This document shows positions 33,808 to 41,438 of a stretch of 47,956 bases of DNA, in pieces (position 1 is the stretch's first letter; each line of letters opens with the position of its first letter). Location: IMG/VR virus record IMGVR_UViG_3300003323_000065, positions 1 to 47,956 of that record. One strand, 5' to 3'. The notes under the pieces are model-generated. The model was not told the origin of the DNA. It worked only from the letters and a program-made list of their open reading frames with translations, and did not search any database. The position numbers and the translations under genes were made by a program. The stretch is from a virus.

Positions 33808-34136
33808 CTAAAAGCCTCTCCCAATTCATCAATCATCTTCTGCACCTTTGCCTGATCTACTGGCTTTGGGGGCAGTCCCTTCAACTCTGGACGCGGCGGC
33901 ATCGACTGCACAAACAGCTTAGGCGTCGGCCACTGCTCACACTCAGCCATTAGCGTTAGGAATGCGGCGTGGAAGCGCGGGCCATCCATCTGCTGATCCC
34001 ATACGCGATTGTGGCGTACCGCCGCGCTCCAAGCCATAAGCGTTCCCTGCATCATGTCCCCTGGCGGCGCCCAAGGCAGGCCGAGACACATCAACTGCAT
34101 CAAACCTTTGCGCAGCTCTTCCTCGATCCAGTCCAT
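33798..34136 (-). CDS. hypothetical protein (possible replication-associated partner)
   Basis: 112 aa with normal composition; GGTGGA SD; overlaps the 3' 194 nt of the upstream ORF. Confidence 0.55.
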   Translation of the reverse strand: MDWIEEELRKGLMQLMCLGLPWAPPGDMMQGTLMAWSAAVRHNRVWDQQMDGPRFHAAFLTLMAECEQWPTPKLFVQSMPPRPELKGLPPKPVDQAKVQKMIDELGEAFRWK

Positions 34137-34527
34137 TCATTCCACCCATTTGCATTAGTGCTTGCATCTGCTTGCTAGGCTGAGCGCGTGCGGCCAGTGG
34201 TGCAGCCTGCGGCACGTCCGTCCATCGCTTCTGATTGAGATACGTCGATCCCATAGGCGCGTAGCCTCTCTGCCAACCGTCATCCTCTGCCATCATCAAG
34301 TAGACGTGCTGGATGATCGTGTCGGCCATCTCATCCAGCCTATCAGCCTTCCATCGCTTCTCAGCCTCAGCCTTCCCTTTTTTGTTCGGGTAGGCGGTCC
34401 AGAACTCAGAGAACCGCCTTGTGCTGCCCTTCGGCTTGACCTTGCGAAGCTCCGCCACCTCCTGCTCCAACTCTACTACGCGGGCCTCTAGTTCCTCGTA
34501 GGTTGGCTTAGCGTCGAATAGATTCAA
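33943..34527 (-). CDS. conserved phage protein with FWxxYPxKKGK motif (replication-associated, uncertain)
   Basis: TTG at 34527 preceded by AAGGGAGG; RFSEFWTAYPNKKGKAEAEKRW. The C-terminal 64 aa are Arg/Gly/Ala-rich and overlap the next gene. Confidence 0.5.
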   Translation of the reverse strand: MNLFDAKPTYEELEARVVELEQEVAELRKVKPKGSTRRFSEFWTAYPNKKGKAEAEKRWKADRLDEMADTIIQHVYLMMAEDDGWQRGYAPMGSTYLNQKRWTDVPQAAPLAARAQPSKQMQALMQMGGMNGLDRGRAAQRFDAVDVSRPALGAARGHDAGNAYGLERGGTPQSRMGSADGWPALPRRIPNANG

Positions 34528-34528
34528 G

Positions 34529-35359
34529 TTAGCCTCCCTTCGGGGTTCGGCAATAGCTGCATACCTTTCGGCCTTGCTCAACAATGTAGTTGCTAGAACC
34601 GCATCCACCACACTTGTGGCCTTGTTCAATTTGAATTCCAGACTCCTTAACGATCTGAGCAACCATCTGCATCAAGTCGGAAGGAACTTGCAAAGTAGCA
34701 CCCCTAATTTGCTCACAGATGTTCCATAGCTTAGTTATTTGCGAAGCTTGGTCGATCCAAAACGGTTTTTTAGCGATACGTTCAACGTCATAACTCCTAT
34801 GCCTGGTTACACACCTAAGCATCTCCAAGTCAAACAATGATGAGTACAAATCTTCATACTCGCCGAATGTTGATTTTCCTTTTCGACTTTCTTTAGGTTC
34901 TTCGTATCCAGATTCAGACAGAAATTCACTATATGATTTTTCAGCCCAGCCCTTCCACCACTTACCCTTAGGCTGATTCCTATAGTTGAACTCAGCATCC
35001 TGCCTCTTTGCCTCATTCCAAAGGACAGCCTCCTCCTTGAGCCACTTATCTTTTCTTTCCTTTCGCTCTTTCTTCCACTTGTCGATCTTACGGATTCGAT
35101 TATCTACTATCCGGTAGCGCTCCTCATAAGCATCAGACTCACGCTGCACATATTGGCCAACAAAAGCCATCACCTGACGGATTGAATCCGTATCTGTGGT
35201 GATGCAAATGTCCTTCTTATCCAGCTTCGCAGACATTTCCTTGATAGCACTAGAAATGTCACCAAGCCCGCTTTCAATCCTATGCGTGTCAACACGCGGA
35301 TGATAGATCGGATAAGAGCTAGAAGGCATGTACATAGGAATTGGAACCGGCAATATCAT
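34529..35359 (-). CDS. orphan protein with C-terminal zinc ribbon
   Basis: About 276 aa, Lys/Glu-rich, ends CGGCGSSNYIVEQGRKVCSYC; AT-rich; GGAGAG SD. Confidence 0.6.
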   Translation of the reverse strand: MILPVPIPMYMPSSSYPIYHPRVDTHRIESGLGDISSAIKEMSAKLDKKDICITTDTDSIRQVMAFVGQYVQRESDAYEERYRIVDNRIRKIDKWKKERKERKDKWLKEEAVLWNEAKRQDAEFNYRNQPKGKWWKGWAEKSYSEFLSESGYEEPKESRKGKSTFGEYEDLYSSLFDLEMLRCVTRHRSYDVERIAKKPFWIDQASQITKLWNICEQIRGATLQVPSDLMQMVAQIVKESGIQIEQGHKCGGCGSSNYIVEQGRKVCSYCRTPKGG

Positions 35360-35452
35360 CACGCTCTCCGTTTTTGGTTAACCCATCGTCCTCTTGTCTG
35401 GACGTTCGATCAAGGCTCTAGATGGGACAGAATGTTGTCAAATGTGGAACGA

Positions 35453-35869
35453 TCAGCGCCAGTCTGTTTCATCCCACGATCCTTTCCCTACGTTGCAGTC
35501 CTCGCACAGCACTTGCACGTTATCCAGCGATAGCCTTAGCTCAGGGAACTTAGATATAGGCTTGATGTGGTCAACGTGGAGATACACGCCATCCTTAGCG
35601 GTCGCGCCGCAGCAATTGCAGCCACCACTGTTACGCAAGGCCAGGTATCGAAGCTGACGCCATTGGAGAGACTTGAAGAAGTCCTTCTTGCCATCCCATT
35701 GAGTTGCAGGCAACGCAGGCTGCTTGGAAGTGGTCAGTTTCGCCTGCCGATTTTTGCGACCTTTCTTTTTCTTCCTAACCGGCTTCCCGCCAGCTATCTT
35801 GAATTGTGCTGCGCGGCGGTCAGCAGCCATCCCCTGAACTTCTTTAGGATTCCACCAGTCTCTAGGCAT
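35453..35869 (-). CDS. HNH endonuclease (McrA-like)
   Basis: LHVDHIKPISKFPELRLSLDNVQVLCEDCN; AGGAG SD. Confidence 0.8.
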   Translation of the reverse strand: MPRDWWNPKEVQGMAADRRAAQFKIAGGKPVRKKKKGRKNRQAKLTTSKQPALPATQWDGKKDFFKSLQWRQLRYLALRNSGGCNCCGATAKDGVYLHVDHIKPISKFPELRLSLDNVQVLCEDCNVGKGSWDETDWR

Positions 35870-36140
35870 CTATAGCTCCTTAATTGCTCTATGGTGATAG
35901 GTTGAGGGCAAAGCAAAGCTAACCCTACGCCTAGAGTTCTCTTTGCTCTTTGTCCAGTCTTGCTCTACGGAGCCAAGGCATCGGTACAAAGCCACTCAGT
36001 CCGCTTATTCCGTCTGAGGGTTCCATTCCTTAACGTGGTTTCGCACGCCCTGTGGCTGGAATGGATCGCGCTAACAGCCCCGATTGCATCACCCTTGTGC
36101 TTGCCCATCGCACCCCAAGTCGTCCCAGGTGCGAATCGTC

Positions 36141-36300
36141 GCCATAGAAAAACCCCAGAGAGCTTAGAGGGGCGGGCCTTGGCGAGGCAGTCAGTTGACG
36201 GTACTCAATGGCGTCAGATGACTACACCGCCCCTCTAAACAAACTGGGGTCTGATGGTCTTGCACTTGAGTACCTACCGTACCGACTGCCACATCGGTAG
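36141..36300 (-). ncRNA. candidate sRNA: 5' hairpin plus ~100-nt long imperfect hairpin ending in a U-tract
   Basis: ACCCCAG/CTGGGGT (7 bp), TTAGAGGGGCGG/CCGCCCCTCTAA (12 bp), GTCAGTTGAC/GTCAGATGAC inner stem, then TTTTCT on the minus strand; no ORF. Confidence 0.4.
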
Positions 36301-36304
36301 GCGT

Positions 36305-36333
36305 ATTAGGCCACCGCACATTCCGGCTGTCAA
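36305..36333 (-). promoter_or_regulatory. sigma70-like promoter candidate (TTGACA-17 nt-CCTAAT)
   Basis: Perfect -35 on the minus strand just after the tandem terminators; weak -10. Confidence 0.35.
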
Positions 36334-36344
36334 TAGGTAGGTAC

Positions 36345-36367
36345 AAAAAACCGCCTCTTGAGCGGTT
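36345..36367 (-). terminator. Rho-independent terminator (second of a tandem pair)
   Basis: Minus strand AACCGC-TCAAGAG-GCGGTT then TTTTGT. Confidence 0.6.
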
Positions 36368-36383
36368 GAGAGGATACTAGCAT

Positions 36384-36411
36384 AAAAAAAGGCCGCGTCA
36401 ATAGCGGCCTT
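36384..36411 (-). terminator. Rho-independent terminator (first of a tandem pair)
   Basis: Minus strand AAGGCCGC-TATTGAC-GCGGCCTT then TTTTTAT, 5 nt after the stop at 36416. Confidence 0.75.
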
Positions 36412-36415
36412 GGGG

Positions 36416-36580
36416 TTACTTTATAACTACTAGCGCTGACGGATATAGAGAAATCTGTACAACATTCTTACCGTCAAAGTAGACGCACATGATGCGTTGA
36501 TGCCCGTCAATACCCTCAACTACCATGTCCGGCGATCCGCTGCGAAGCTGAACAATGCATCCCTTGTAAATTCCGGTCAT
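36416..36580 (-). CDS. DUF2158 (YodC)-like small protein
   Basis: MTGIYKGCIVQLRSGSPDMVV; AAGGTGG SD; ATGA coupling. Confidence 0.55.
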   Translation of the reverse strand: MTGIYKGCIVQLRSGSPDMVVEGIDGHQRIMCVYFDGKNVVQISLYPSALVVIK

Positions 36581-36741
36581 CAATGCACCACCTTTGGCGC
36601 TTCCGGCCAAACCTGATTGCCTCGCATGTCCTCGACCCGCCGTGTACCTGGGTTGCACTCGGCATTGGCTACGGCGTCAGCATCGTCCATAAGCTCGATC
36701 ATGTAGAACATGTCATCGCGGTAGAAGATGTAGGTGCTCAT
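36580..36741 (-). CDS. hypothetical small protein (53 aa)
   Basis: MSTYIFYRDDMFYMIELMDDADAV...; ATGA overlaps at both ends. Confidence 0.45.
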   Translation of the reverse strand: MSTYIFYRDDMFYMIELMDDADAVANAECNPGTRRVEDMRGNQVWPEAPKVVH

Positions 36742-37421
36742 TTCTTACCTCTCCTATTTTTAATTTGTACTGGCTGCGTAAGTGCCCTTTCTACATCCCA
36801 GCCCATTCTAAGCCGCATCCTTACTACATTTTGGCCTATATTTTGATCCCTACAATGTTGAGCTAAAGGCTGCTGTTTACCTTTGAACACTAACAATCGG
36901 TTATCCGGCCTGTTGCACTGCTGTTCAAATGGACTTGCCCACCTGCAATTTTCTTTGAAGTACCCTTTCGAGTTATCAATTCGGTCTATGGTTGTTCCAT
37001 CGGGCCTTTCTCCCATATCTGAAAGAAATGATGAAAAATCCATCCATCTTTCACAAATGTTTATCCCTCTGCCTCCATATTGCTTGTAACCTACGTGGTT
37101 AGGATTTAGGCATCTATCTTTCATCGACCTCCACGTAGAATAGGTTGAACTACCTTTCCCCACTCCTCTTTTATGACCATGCTTAATAGTATGTCCAGAG
37201 CGCCGGTGATGCCCGCAAGAGATAGTGCCACCGTAATAAATTGAAGCAAGTTGGAATATCTTTTCGACTCCGCAGCTACATCTGCACTCTACAAATTTGC
37301 ATTTCTTATTACGGCCAGCCGGCCTTAGCACTGTGAGATGCCCAAAAACATCTCCCTCTTTAATATGTATCTTTGTTCTTACATCCGGCTTGTCAAAGCT
37401 CCACGGTTGCATCTTTTCCAT
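36738..37421 (-). CDS. degenerate HNH_3-like DNA-binding / homing-endonuclease-like protein
   Basis: YSTWRSMKDRCLNPNHVGYKQYGGRGINICERW and TIDRIDNSKGYFKENCRWAS (RIDN in place of HIDN); AT-rich. Confidence 0.55.
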   Translation of the reverse strand: MEKMQPWSFDKPDVRTKIHIKEGDVFGHLTVLRPAGRNKKCKFVECRCSCGVEKIFQLASIYYGGTISCGHHRRSGHTIKHGHKRGVGKGSSTYSTWRSMKDRCLNPNHVGYKQYGGRGINICERWMDFSSFLSDMGERPDGTTIDRIDNSKGYFKENCRWASPFEQQCNRPDNRLLVFKGKQQPLAQHCRDQNIGQNVVRMRLRMGWDVERALTQPVQIKNRRGKK

Positions 37422-37684
37422 AATTTTTTGCCGCTCCCATTCGATGTTTTTGCAGGCGCATAGCTATCGCTATAGATAATCCCATCCATAGATAGCGCCT
37501 TAATTATAACACCATTCGTCCGTGCGTCATACGGTTCTCCGACTTTCTTCACAATGTCTTGATACAGATGCTCGGCTAGGAACGCACGCTTGCGGTACTT
37601 GGTCACAATGATCTTGCGTGCTGCTGAATAGGCGACGCTGGCCCATGCGGCGTTGTCCATCACTTCGATGCCGTCAATCTTCAT
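37379..37684 (-). CDS. hypothetical protein
   Basis: 101-aa ORF; 3' end overlaps the next gene by 43 nt. Confidence 0.5.
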   Translation of the reverse strand: MKIDGIEVMDNAAWASVAYSAARKIIVTKYRKRAFLAEHLYQDIVKKVGEPYDARTNGVIIKALSMDGIIYSDSYAPAKTSNGSGKKLWKRCNRGALTSRM

Positions 37685-37887
37685 TTCCCTTCCTCCCTGA
37701 GTTCTTCAATGCAATCTGCACAGAAACGTGATTTAACGCCGCTACTGAATACGTGTACGGTTGCGCTCTCGCAATATTCACACTCAGGCAGCGGGACGGG
37801 CTTGTTACAACGGTTAGCGTGCTGGCGGAGCGATAGGGCCAGGTGGTAGTCGCTCAGGTCGCTTGCGGCGTCTGCGAAATCGGTCAC
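37681..37887 (-). CDS. TraR/DksA-family C4 zinc-finger protein
   Basis: CEYC...17 aa...CADC spacing typical of the phage TraR family. Confidence 0.65.
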   Translation of the reverse strand: MTDFADAASDLSDYHLALSLRQHANRCNKPVPLPECEYCESATVHVFSSGVKSRFCADCIEELREEGK

Positions 37888-38069
37888 GGGCGCTTCTCCA
37901 TCGTGCCATTACCATCTTTTACAAACGCCTTCTCATACTTGCCGAAGGTCAGCCATTCCTTATCATTCTCCGACCAATTTGGCCTTTCTTCATACCAATG
38001 CCATTCTTCGTTATCATCCATCGCCATGTAGTTTGCCCACTCCGGCGCATCATCCCAACTCGGTTTCAT
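37884..38069 (-). CDS. hypothetical protein, paralog of 24678..24869
   Basis: MKPSWDDAPEWANY..W.WY..RP..KRP; AAGGAG SD before the ATG at 38069. Confidence 0.6.
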   Translation of the reverse strand: MKPSWDDAPEWANYMAMDDNEEWHWYEERPNWSENDKEWLTFGKYEKAFVKDGNGTMEKRP

Positions 38070-38079
38070 ATCTCTCTCC

Positions 38080-38232
38080 TTACTTAAAAATGACCCAGCC
38101 GACAATCAGCAGGGCTACGGCGGTCCAGATCGCAACAGTAGGAAGGCGAGTCTTGCGATAGCGGCGGTACTGTGCGGTTTGCGTTGTGGCATCGATGCTA
38201 TGCCACAGCATGCGGTCGGAAAGGCGGCTCAT
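38080..38232 (-). CDS. small tail-anchored membrane protein (50 aa)
   Basis: MSRLSDRMLWH...LPTVAIWTAVALLIVGWVIFK; ATGA coupling. Confidence 0.45.
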   Translation of the reverse strand: MSRLSDRMLWHSIDATTQTAQYRRYRKTRLPTVAIWTAVALLIVGWVIFK

Positions 38233-38510
38233 TGCCAAGTCCTATGCGTCTCAGCAACATGTTCATATCCGTCATACTCTTCGATCTGCCAAGAGATTCC
38301 ATCCGGAATCTCAACCACATTCAGATCAGCACAAGAGCCATTGGCGGCTTCACCCATTTCTTCAACAATGGCAACAAGGTCTTTGTCATCTCGATCAATG
38401 TAGCGGTCGTAGAATTCGCTTTCCAGCTTATTAGTACGCTTCGCGTACTCTTTGATTGCAGCTTTGCTAAGACTGAATCCGCCGTAGCATTGATTAATAA
38501 CAACTTTCAT
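38229..38510 (-). CDS. conserved phage hypothetical protein
   Basis: MKVVINQCYGGFSLSKAAIKEY is an N-terminus recurring in phage proteins of unknown function. Confidence 0.55.
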   Translation of the reverse strand: MKVVINQCYGGFSLSKAAIKEYAKRTNKLESEFYDRYIDRDDKDLVAIVEEMGEAANGSCADLNVVEIPDGISWQIEEYDGYEHVAETHRTWQ

Positions 38511-38728
38511 TTGACTACCCTCAATTTTGGTTGTTTTACTCGATCATGCGGACTTACCTTGCAGTGCAGCATGTAGCCCTTAACAGTCGGCTCTGGCTCT
38601 ATCGTGTAACCTTGCTCGCTCATCACCTCTAGATATGTGTCGATCTTGTGTTTCGGGATAGTGGTATGCACCATATCCCCCCCATGTAGCCCGAGCCAGG
38701 CGCTCGGCGGTTTGCGGTGCTTCGTCAT
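38507..38728 (-). CDS. hypothetical protein, first gene of the leftward operon
   Basis: 73-aa ORF; ATG lies 7 nt after the -10 of module copy 5 (possibly leaderless); alternative ATG at 38674. Confidence 0.45.
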   Translation of the reverse strand: MTKHRKPPSAWLGLHGGDMVHTTIPKHKIDTYLEVMSEQGYTIEPEPTVKGYMLHCKVSPHDRVKQPKLRVVK

Positions 38729-38734
38729 GGTTCC

Positions 38735-38778
38735 ACTTTGCCTAGGATTGGCGGGCGGATCAACACCATTTGTAGAAC
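38735..38778 (-). promoter_or_regulatory. conserved promoter/operator module, copy 5 (leftward early promoter candidate)
   Basis: Minus strand GTTCTACA-aatggtg-TTGATC-17 nt-CAAAGT-GGAACC-ATG. Confidence 0.45.
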
Positions 38779-38868
38779 AGTGCGTGTACGATTTTGATAT
38801 TTATTGGAACGCTGGGTAGGCGTAATCTAGCCTCACTGACAGGGCATACGCCCATACGGAGAGGGAAC

Positions 38869-39042
38869 ATGAGCAGGAACCTTGAACTTGCAAATGCACT
38901 TGCAAAGGCACATGCAGAGATTCGTAAAATTAGCGTTAAGCTCGAAAAAGCTAAGCGCGGGCTTGCGTGGGCATGGAACAACAACACCGACGTTGATGCT
39001 ATTGATTGGGATGCCTTCTTTGAGGAAGGAGAGGAAAAGTGA
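38869..39042 (+). CDS. hypothetical protein, first gene of the rightward operon
   Basis: GGAGAGGGAAC SD before ATG; coiled-coil MSRNLELANALAKAHAEIRK. Confidence 0.55.
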   Translation: MSRNLELANALAKAHAEIRKISVKLEKAKRGLAWAWNNNTDVDAIDWDAFFEEGEEK

Positions 39043-39323
39043 TGGCTACCAAGTACGACAACTGGAAGACCTCAGCGCCGGACACCAATAGCGAGGCATG
39101 GACTGAGGCTGTAGAGGAAGTGGCGGACGACATTGGGCCGGTTGAGCGGGCTGAAATCATCCAGACCATCGCCGCTGCTGATGATGCGCTTGCCTGGGTG
39201 TGCCATGCAATCGAGGTTCCTCAGAATCATCTGAGTGCGTTCCGTGACCTTGTGAAGATGGCTACCGACTACCGCAAGCAGGTTGAACGACAGATGGCAG
39301 AGTACCCCGATGCAAGGCGTTGA
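39042..39323 (+). CDS. hypothetical acidic protein
   Basis: TGATG coupling; 93 aa. Confidence 0.55.
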   Translation: MATKYDNWKTSAPDTNSEAWTEAVEEVADDIGPVERAEIIQTIAAADDALAWVCHAIEVPQNHLSAFRDLVKMATDYRKQVERQMAEYPDARR

Positions 39324-39429
39324 TTGGTGCTTGGTTTTCAGCGACATTCGCACCATCGCAACCGTAGCCGCCATGACCGTATGCGTCGGCGGCTTGCTCA
39401 TCATCGCTTGTATCGGAGTGGCGTGCTAA
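39310..39429 (+). CDS. candidate small membrane peptide (39 aa)
   Basis: MQGVDWCLVFSDIRTIATVAAMTVCVGGLLIIACIGVAC; TAATG coupling to the next gene; weak SD. Confidence 0.3.
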   Translation: MQGVDWCLVFSDIRTIATVAAMTVCVGGLLIIACIGVAC

Positions 39430-39578
39430 TGCTCAACAAATGGACTAGCCTGGCGACTTTCCTTGTGTGTCTAGCAGGCATCTACTACTGCTGGCATGAC
39501 GATAGTGGCGGAATTGTACTTTTCACGTTCGGCGCGGCTGTGTGCGGCGTGTTGACTTACTTTGAGTGGAGGAAGTGA
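39429..39578 (+). CDS. small membrane protein (49 aa)
   Basis: MLNKWTSLATFLVCLAGIYYCW..GIVLFTFGAAVCGVLTYF, two hydrophobic segments. Confidence 0.45.
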   Translation: MLNKWTSLATFLVCLAGIYYCWHDDSGGIVLFTFGAAVCGVLTYFEWRK

Positions 39579-39841
39579 TGGGGAAGTATTGCGGAGAGTC
39601 TGAGGCTCAATACGCGGCAGATAATGGCGTCAAGATTGGTGAAACTACTCCTTGCAAGGAAAGCAAAGGAAGCTGGTGGGAGGTCTACTACTTAGATGGA
39701 AAGATTTTCGCAACCGTGAACACAGATTGGGGTGTGTCTTGCGGTGAAGTTGTCAGCGAGGATGAGGTGAAGTTCTATGTTGACGATGTTGAGGATGCTA
39801 AAATCAACATCGAAAATCTGAAAGCGCTGTCTCACGTGTAG
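39578..39841 (+). CDS. hypothetical protein
   Basis: GGAGGAAG SD, TGATG coupling. Confidence 0.55.
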   Translation: MGKYCGESEAQYAADNGVKIGETTPCKESKGSWWEVYYLDGKIFATVNTDWGVSCGEVVSEDEVKFYVDDVEDAKINIENLKALSHV

Positions 39842-39890
39842 AGACTGCAGCACGGTAAAATATCTGTACGATGCAGATATGGAGAGAAAA

Positions 39891-40793
39891 ATGAATGAAT
39901 TAGTTGAGGCGCAGCCGAAAGAGCAGCGCATGGCCCCGTATCAGGCGGCTATCAAGAAGGCAGAGGAAAAGTTCCGCGAGGTCGCTGAAAAGACGGTCAA
40001 CTATGACCGTGAGTGCATCTTTGCTATGCAAGCATTGATGAAGACTGACTTCGCCATGCAGACGGCCAATAAAAACCCGAAGTCGGTTCATCTGGCTATG
40101 ATTAACGTGGCATCCACTGGCCTTACGTTGAATCCTGCCAATGCCTACGCGTACCTGATCCCGCGTGATGGTGCTATTGTCCTAGACATTAGCTATAAGG
40201 GCCTTATCAAGATCGCTACGGACACCGGGTCTATCAGGTGGGGCCGTGCTGAGATTGTTTACGAAAGCGATACGTTTGAGTACCACGGCCCAGCCCGAGA
40301 GCCGATCCACAAGTGCAACCCGTTCAAGCGCAAGGATGATGACCAAATCATCGGCGTCTACTGTATCGCCAAGACTAGCGATGGTGACATTCTCACCGAG
40401 GTAATGGGCGCGGATGAGCTAGAAAAGATTCGCGGCAAGTCCATGAGCTACGCCAAGAAGAAGTCGGGTCCGTGGGTTGAGTGGTTTGAACAGATGGCTA
40501 AGAAGGCCGTCATCAAGCGCGCTAGCAAAACCTGGCCCTACACCGAGCGAGCCGAGAAGCTGAATCAGGCAATCGAGATGGCTAACGAGTCTGAAGGTGG
40601 CTATGACCTTGAGGCCGAGGCCGTCAAGCTTGTCAGCCAGGATCAAGCTGCAACCATTCGAGACCACATTGAGGCTTCGGGCATTGATGCGTCCAAGCTG
40701 CTTGGCATCATCGGTGTTGAAGCGGTTGAGGCGATTCCGGCTAGCAGGTTCACTGAGGTTGTTCAGACAATCAAAGAGGCTTCGCAGGCGTGA
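39891..40793 (+). CDS. recT: RecT-family single-strand annealing protein
   Basis: KKSGPWVEWFEQMAKKAVIKRASKTWP and overall RecT pattern; GGAGAG SD before the ATG at 39891. Confidence 0.85.
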   Translation: MNELVEAQPKEQRMAPYQAAIKKAEEKFREVAEKTVNYDRECIFAMQALMKTDFAMQTANKNPKSVHLAMINVASTGLTLNPANAYAYLIPRDGAIVLDISYKGLIKIATDTGSIRWGRAEIVYESDTFEYHGPAREPIHKCNPFKRKDDDQIIGVYCIAKTSDGDILTEVMGADELEKIRGKSMSYAKKKSGPWVEWFEQMAKKAVIKRASKTWPYTERAEKLNQAIEMANESEGGYDLEAEAVKLVSQDQAATIRDHIEASGIDASKLLGIIGVEAVEAIPASRFTEVVQTIKEASQA

Positions 40794-41437
40794 GGATTCT
40801 AGATTGCGAGCAATACTCGCCTGAGTGGTGGGCGGCTCGGGCTGGCGTTCCTACGGCATCCAATGCGGATCGAATCCTGACAGCAGCGGGCAAGCCATCA
40901 TCTAGCCAAGCCGCTTACATGGCCGAACTGATCGATGAAATTGTCCGCCCACGCGATGAGAGGCCTAGCGATGAGCAGGCATTCGGCGGCAACCGACACA
41001 CTGAGCGCGGCAATGAATTAGAGCCTAAAACGAGAGCTTGGCACAGCCTAGTTAGCGGATGTGAAATCAAGGAAGTTGGAATGATCTTTCGGGACGATGG
41101 CCTAGTGGCTTGCTCGCCGGATGGGCTAATGCTCGGTCGGGACTCACAGCCAATCGGAGGAGGAGAATACAAGGCACCTGAAGGCAAGAAGCATGTGCTA
41201 TGGATGATCGAAAACAAGCTACCGGATGAGCATAAGCAGCAGGTTCATTTCTCCCTAGCGGTCAGCGGGTTGCCGTTTTGGGAGTTCGTGAGCCACTGCC
41301 CAGGTTACAAGCCATTCCGAATCCGCGTAACACCGGACGATTACACAGCCAAGATGGCGGCTGAGATTGACGCATTTGTCATCAAGCTACAGGCAGCAAA
41401 AGAAAAGTTCATCGACTATATCAACCAAAGGAAGTGA
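40790..41437 (+). CDS. YqaJ-like viral recombinase exonuclease (PD-(D/E)XK)
   Basis: [24 protein letters not shown] is a typical YqaJ N-terminus; GTGA coupling with recT. Confidence 0.8.
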   Translation: MRILDCEQYSPEWWAARAGVPTASNADRILTAAGKPSSSQAAYMAELIDEIVRPRDERPSDEQAFGGNRHTERGNELEPKTRAWHSLVSGCEIKEVGMIFRDDGLVACSPDGLMLGRDSQPIGGGEYKAPEGKKHVLWMIENKLPDEHKQQVHFSLAVSGLPFWEFVSHCPGYKPFRIRVTPDDYTAKMAAEIDAFVIKLQAAKEKFIDYINQRK

Positions 41438-41438
41438 G

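Noticed and set aside
35870-36140. Mini-ORFs of 18 and 19 codons (MATIRTWDDLGCDGQAQG; MQSGLLARSIPATGRAKPR) in the leader of the HNH gene
   Set aside because: They have no convincing ribosome-binding sites and their composition is typical of random GC-rich sequence.
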